DNA of 64,000 nt from Alphaproteobacteria bacterium (GTDB taxonomy: Bacteria; Pseudomonadota; Alphaproteobacteria; MPNO01; UBA830). A model generated the notes under the pieces. That model was not told the origin of the DNA and ran no database searches. It saw nothing but the letters and a program-made list of their open reading frames with translations. Positions 61,341 through 64,000 of the stretch are shown piece by piece. The position numbers and the translations under genes were made by a program. Positions within the stretch are counted from its first letter, which is position 1. Each line of letters begins with the position of its first letter. The stretch spans positions 1,760,001 through 1,824,000 of the forward strand of contig OZ251539.1 of assembly GCA_965243135.1 (NCBI GenBank), written 5' to 3'.

Positions 61341-62072
61341 TCATTTCGACGACATCACCAGCGCCAGCAGGTTGGCGGCGTAGTCGGCCGCCTTGCCGGT
61401 ATCCATCAGCCGCGCATTGGCGAGATAGGTCTTGCAGGTGACCAGCGCGGTCCGGTCGCGGCCGCAGAGGACCTCCAGATGCGCCTCGCAGGCGGACGCG
61501 AGTTCGCCGGCCGGAACGACGCTGCTCACGAAACCGGCGGCGCAAGCGGCGGCCGCGTCGATCTCTCCGGTCGAGTAGACCATCCAGCCGACGGATTTCG
61601 GCATCGACCGGTCGATATGGGCCGACATCGCCGCCGTCGGCGGCAGGTCGTGCTTCATTTCCGGGAGCGAGAACCGCGCGTCGTCCGCCGCGATCGCGAT
61701 ATCGCTCACCGCGGCCGCGGCGCAGCCGAAGCCCGCGGCGCGACCCTGCACCGCGGCGACCACCGGAACCTCGGCGCCGCGCACCGCCTCGTAGAAACCG
61801 AGGATCGGCGCGGCGAGCGCCGCGCGCATCTCGACGGCCGTTCTCGGCGTATGTTCCGGCGCGCTCTCGGGATCGCGGCCGAGGCAGAAGTCCGGACCGG
61901 CCGTGGCGATCGAGACCGCCTTGACCGCAGGGTCGCGGCCCGCCTCCCGAATCCATCCCGACAACCGATCCAGCATGCCGAGCGTCAGCATGTTGCCGCG
62001 CTCCGCGCGATCGACGAAGACGCGCGCGACGGCGCCGTCCGTTTCGAATTTGAGAGCTTCGTCCATTTCCAT
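61341..62072 (-). CDS. Enoyl-CoA hydratase/isomerase family protein
   Basis: DFCLGRD, AAGFG, FSLPE. Confidence 0.85.
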   Translation of the reverse strand: MEMDEALKFETDGAVARVFVDRAERGNMLTLGMLDRLSGWIREAGRDPAVKAVSIATAGPDFCLGRDPESAPEHTPRTAVEMRAALAAPILGFYEAVRGAEVPVVAAVQGRAAGFGCAAAAVSDIAIAADDARFSLPEMKHDLPPTAAMSAHIDRSMPKSVGWMVYSTGEIDAAAACAAGFVSSVVPAGELASACEAHLEVLCGRDRTALVTCKTYLANARLMDTGKAADYAANLLALVMSSK

Positions 62073-62079
62073 CTCCTTC

Positions 62080-62387
62080 TACTCGCGCGCCCGGACTGCG
62101 CCGCACTCCGGAAGCCGCGAGACTTCGCCCGCGTCCGCATCTTCGCGCAGAACCGCTGCGCCGTCCGCGCCGAGACGTGGAGCGGCGCCCGTCGGAGCGC
62201 GACGTCTTCGCCGGATTGCCCGCTACGCCGGTCGCGTTCCCCTCCCCGTCGTTCAGCGGCAGCATGCCGACGCTTCGACCTTGATCGCCTCCGCCCAGAG
62301 ATCCGCGAGAATCACGGTCGCGTACGGACCGGCGAGAAACCGGGTTAGGTCCGACATCCGCGGTCCAGCCGGCGGTCCCGGTTTCAT
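62080..62387 (-). pseudogene. CoA-transferase family III (CaiB/BaiF) relic
   Basis: MKPGPPAGPRMSDLTRFLAGPYATVILADLWAEAIKVE then, frameshifted, VAGNPAKTS...PRLGADGAAVLRE. Confidence 0.75.
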
Positions 62388-62395
62388 GCCGCCGC

Positions 62396-62878
62396 CTACA
62401 GGATGAAGCTGACCGAGCCCAGCGCGCCGAGCTCCTCGGAGTCCAGGATCGCCCGGCGTTCGGCTATTTTCAGGCCTTCGCCATCCATCGCCAGCCGATG
62501 CACGTAGCGGCCGACATACTCGCCGCCCCTGCCCCCGCGGCGGAACCTGTGGACGGAGAAATTGGCGGTCACAACGGCGGTCACGCCGTTATCTTCGAGA
62601 ATCCGGACGTTGGCGAGCAGACGGCGGGTGCGCGACGGCGGAAATTCGGCATGGGCGTCCGGGCTCTTGAGGCGTTTCACCCGTGCCCGTATGCGCTTGA
62701 TGTCGTCGGCAATGATAAACAACGTCGTGTCGGGGTCGGCGTCCGGCGCCTCGTTGGGCGGCACCAGATAGCGCGCATCCTCGGCGAGAAGTCCCAGCCA
62801 TGCGTCGAGGTCCCAAGCGTCCAGAAGCGCCGCCTCGTGAAACAGAAACTCTTCGGCCTGCTGCCGCGCAAGTCCCAT
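62396..62878 (-). CDS. Aromatic ring-hydroxylating dioxygenase beta subunit
   Basis: FLFHEAALLD, RVKRL, AEFPPSRTRR. Confidence 0.92.
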   Translation of the reverse strand: MGLARQQAEEFLFHEAALLDAWDLDAWLGLLAEDARYLVPPNEAPDADPDTTLFIIADDIKRIRARVKRLKSPDAHAEFPPSRTRRLLANVRILEDNGVTAVVTANFSVHRFRRGGRGGEYVGRYVHRLAMDGEGLKIAERRAILDSEELGALGSVSFIL

Positions 62879-62881
62879 GAC

Positions 62882-64000
62882 CTATACCGCCGCGGGGGCT
62901 GGCGCCGTCATCAGCGCATTCCAGCGCCGCCAGAACGTGCGCAGATGCAGTTCGTCGGAGTTGAGCTGTTCGCCCTCCTTCGCGATCCCGCGAGTCATCA
63001 CCGACCACCGCACTTCTCCGACGGTCTCCGCGATCCCTTCCTGAACCTGTTCGAGCGCTTCCACGTCGTCCGGGGTGGCGAGGCCCCCCGGACCGTAAAA
63101 GGTGAGGAAGGAATCCAGCCTTACCTTCCGCATGACCGGGCTTTCGCCGACCGGCCCGACGGCCCAGGCGGTTACCCTCATGCGATCGGCCGCAGCGGGC
63201 CAAAACGTGCGAACCGTGACGGAAGACCCGTCGTTGATCATGAGGTTCGGAAAGACGAGCAAGTTGCGGTTGGTGTTCGCCACCCGCTCCGCCCGGTCGG
63301 TTCCCAGACGCGCCACGAGCTCGGCCTTCGCCGCCTCGACGGCCGGTTTCGCGGAATCCCCGTATAGCGGGATCCAGGCCGCCACCGGACGCCCCCGGAA
63401 ATTGACGTTGTCGATTACCGCGTGTCCGTTGCCGAGATCCTTTCCCACGCCCCGGCGGGGCAGCAACAGGCCCTTCGGCACGGTTACGTCGACGCCGGAA
63501 TCCTTCATGTACTCAAGCCATGTCGAATGGGTCGAACGCAGGTGATAGTCGTCGAAGGAATTCTCGACGAGCAGCTTCCAGTTGGCGCGAACGTCGTATT
63601 CCTGCACGCCGCCGATCACTTCAAGCCGTCCGTCCGGGGATTGTTCCGCCACAAGGTCGATATATTCCCTCGCCCCAGCGAGATAGTCCGCGAGCGCGGG
63701 CGCATGGCGCGAGAAGGCGGCGAACCAGAAGCCGCGGTATTCTTCGAAGCGGGGCGCCGAGGCCAGTCCGAGCGCCTCGCGGTCGAAAGTGTCGGGATAG
63801 GCGTCGTCCCCCGGGACCGCCGCGAGGCGTCCGTCGTTGTCGTAGGTCCAGCCGTGATAGAAGCAATAGAAACGCCGGGCGTTGCCCCGGCGTTCGCGAC
63901 AGACCTGCGCGCCGCGATGTCGGCACGTGTTCAGGAACAACCTGATCCTGCCTGCGGCGTCGCGGCAGAAAATCACGGGACGTCCGGCGACGCCGCGCGT
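62882..64000 (-). CDS. Aromatic ring-hydroxylating dioxygenase alpha subunit (p-cumate/benzoate-like), 5' truncated by the window
   Basis: NTCRHRG..CFYHGW Rieske ligands, NWKLLVENSFDDYH...H, GPGGLATPDD. Confidence 0.92.
   Translation of the reverse strand, partial: TRGVAGRPVIFCRDAAGRIRLFLNTCRHRGAQVCRERRGNARRFYCFYHGWTYDNDGRLAAVPGDDAYPDTFDREALGLASAPRFEEYRGFWFAAFSRHAPALADYLAGAREYIDLVAEQSPDGRLEVIGGVQEYDVRANWKLLVENSFDDYHLRSTHSTWLEYMKDSGVDVTVPKGLLLPRRGVGKDLGNGHAVIDNVNFRGRPVAAWIPLYGDSAKPAVEAAKAELVARLGTDRAERVANTNRNLLVFPNLMINDGSSVTVRTFWPAAADRMRVTAWAVGPVGESPVMRKVRLDSFLTFYGPGGLATPDDVEALEQVQEGIAETVGEVRWSVMTRGIAKEGEQLNSDELHLRTFWRRWNALMTAPAPAAV

Overview
High-GC bacterial window, most likely an alphaproteobacterium (GTTC-N7-GTTC LexA box, TRAP/Liv transporters, narK1-narK2-narGHJI layout). 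Most of it is catabolic: 2 TRAP systems, 1 Liv-type ABC system, 2 TPP enzymes, acyl-CoA dehydrogenase, group D flavin monooxygenase, 2 TauD dioxygenases, 2 Rieske oxygenases, tandem UbiD decarboxylases, CoA ligase, crotonases, a heme-oxygenase-like dimetal enzyme and a Pht5-like protein. A complete respiratory nitrate reductase operon carries an FNR box shared with a divergent dksA/traR-like gene. Accessory elements: (i) a convergent tcmP + DUF5131 pair, with a LexA box over the -10 of the DUF5131 promoter; (ii) a lower-GC RavA/ViaA-like MoxR-vWA island with an AT-rich variable segment; (iii) a solo ATPase with a broken Walker A behind a 34-bp palindrome; (iv) an orphan coupled gene pair. Several spacers hold gene relics in which the N- and C-terminal motifs of a long enzyme are joined by a large internal deletion (GMC oxidoreductase, ornithine cyclodeaminase-like, CoA-transferase III, possibly others). 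I saw no rRNA, tRNA, CRISPR array or intact transposase. All assignments come from motif recognition by eye; no database search was run.
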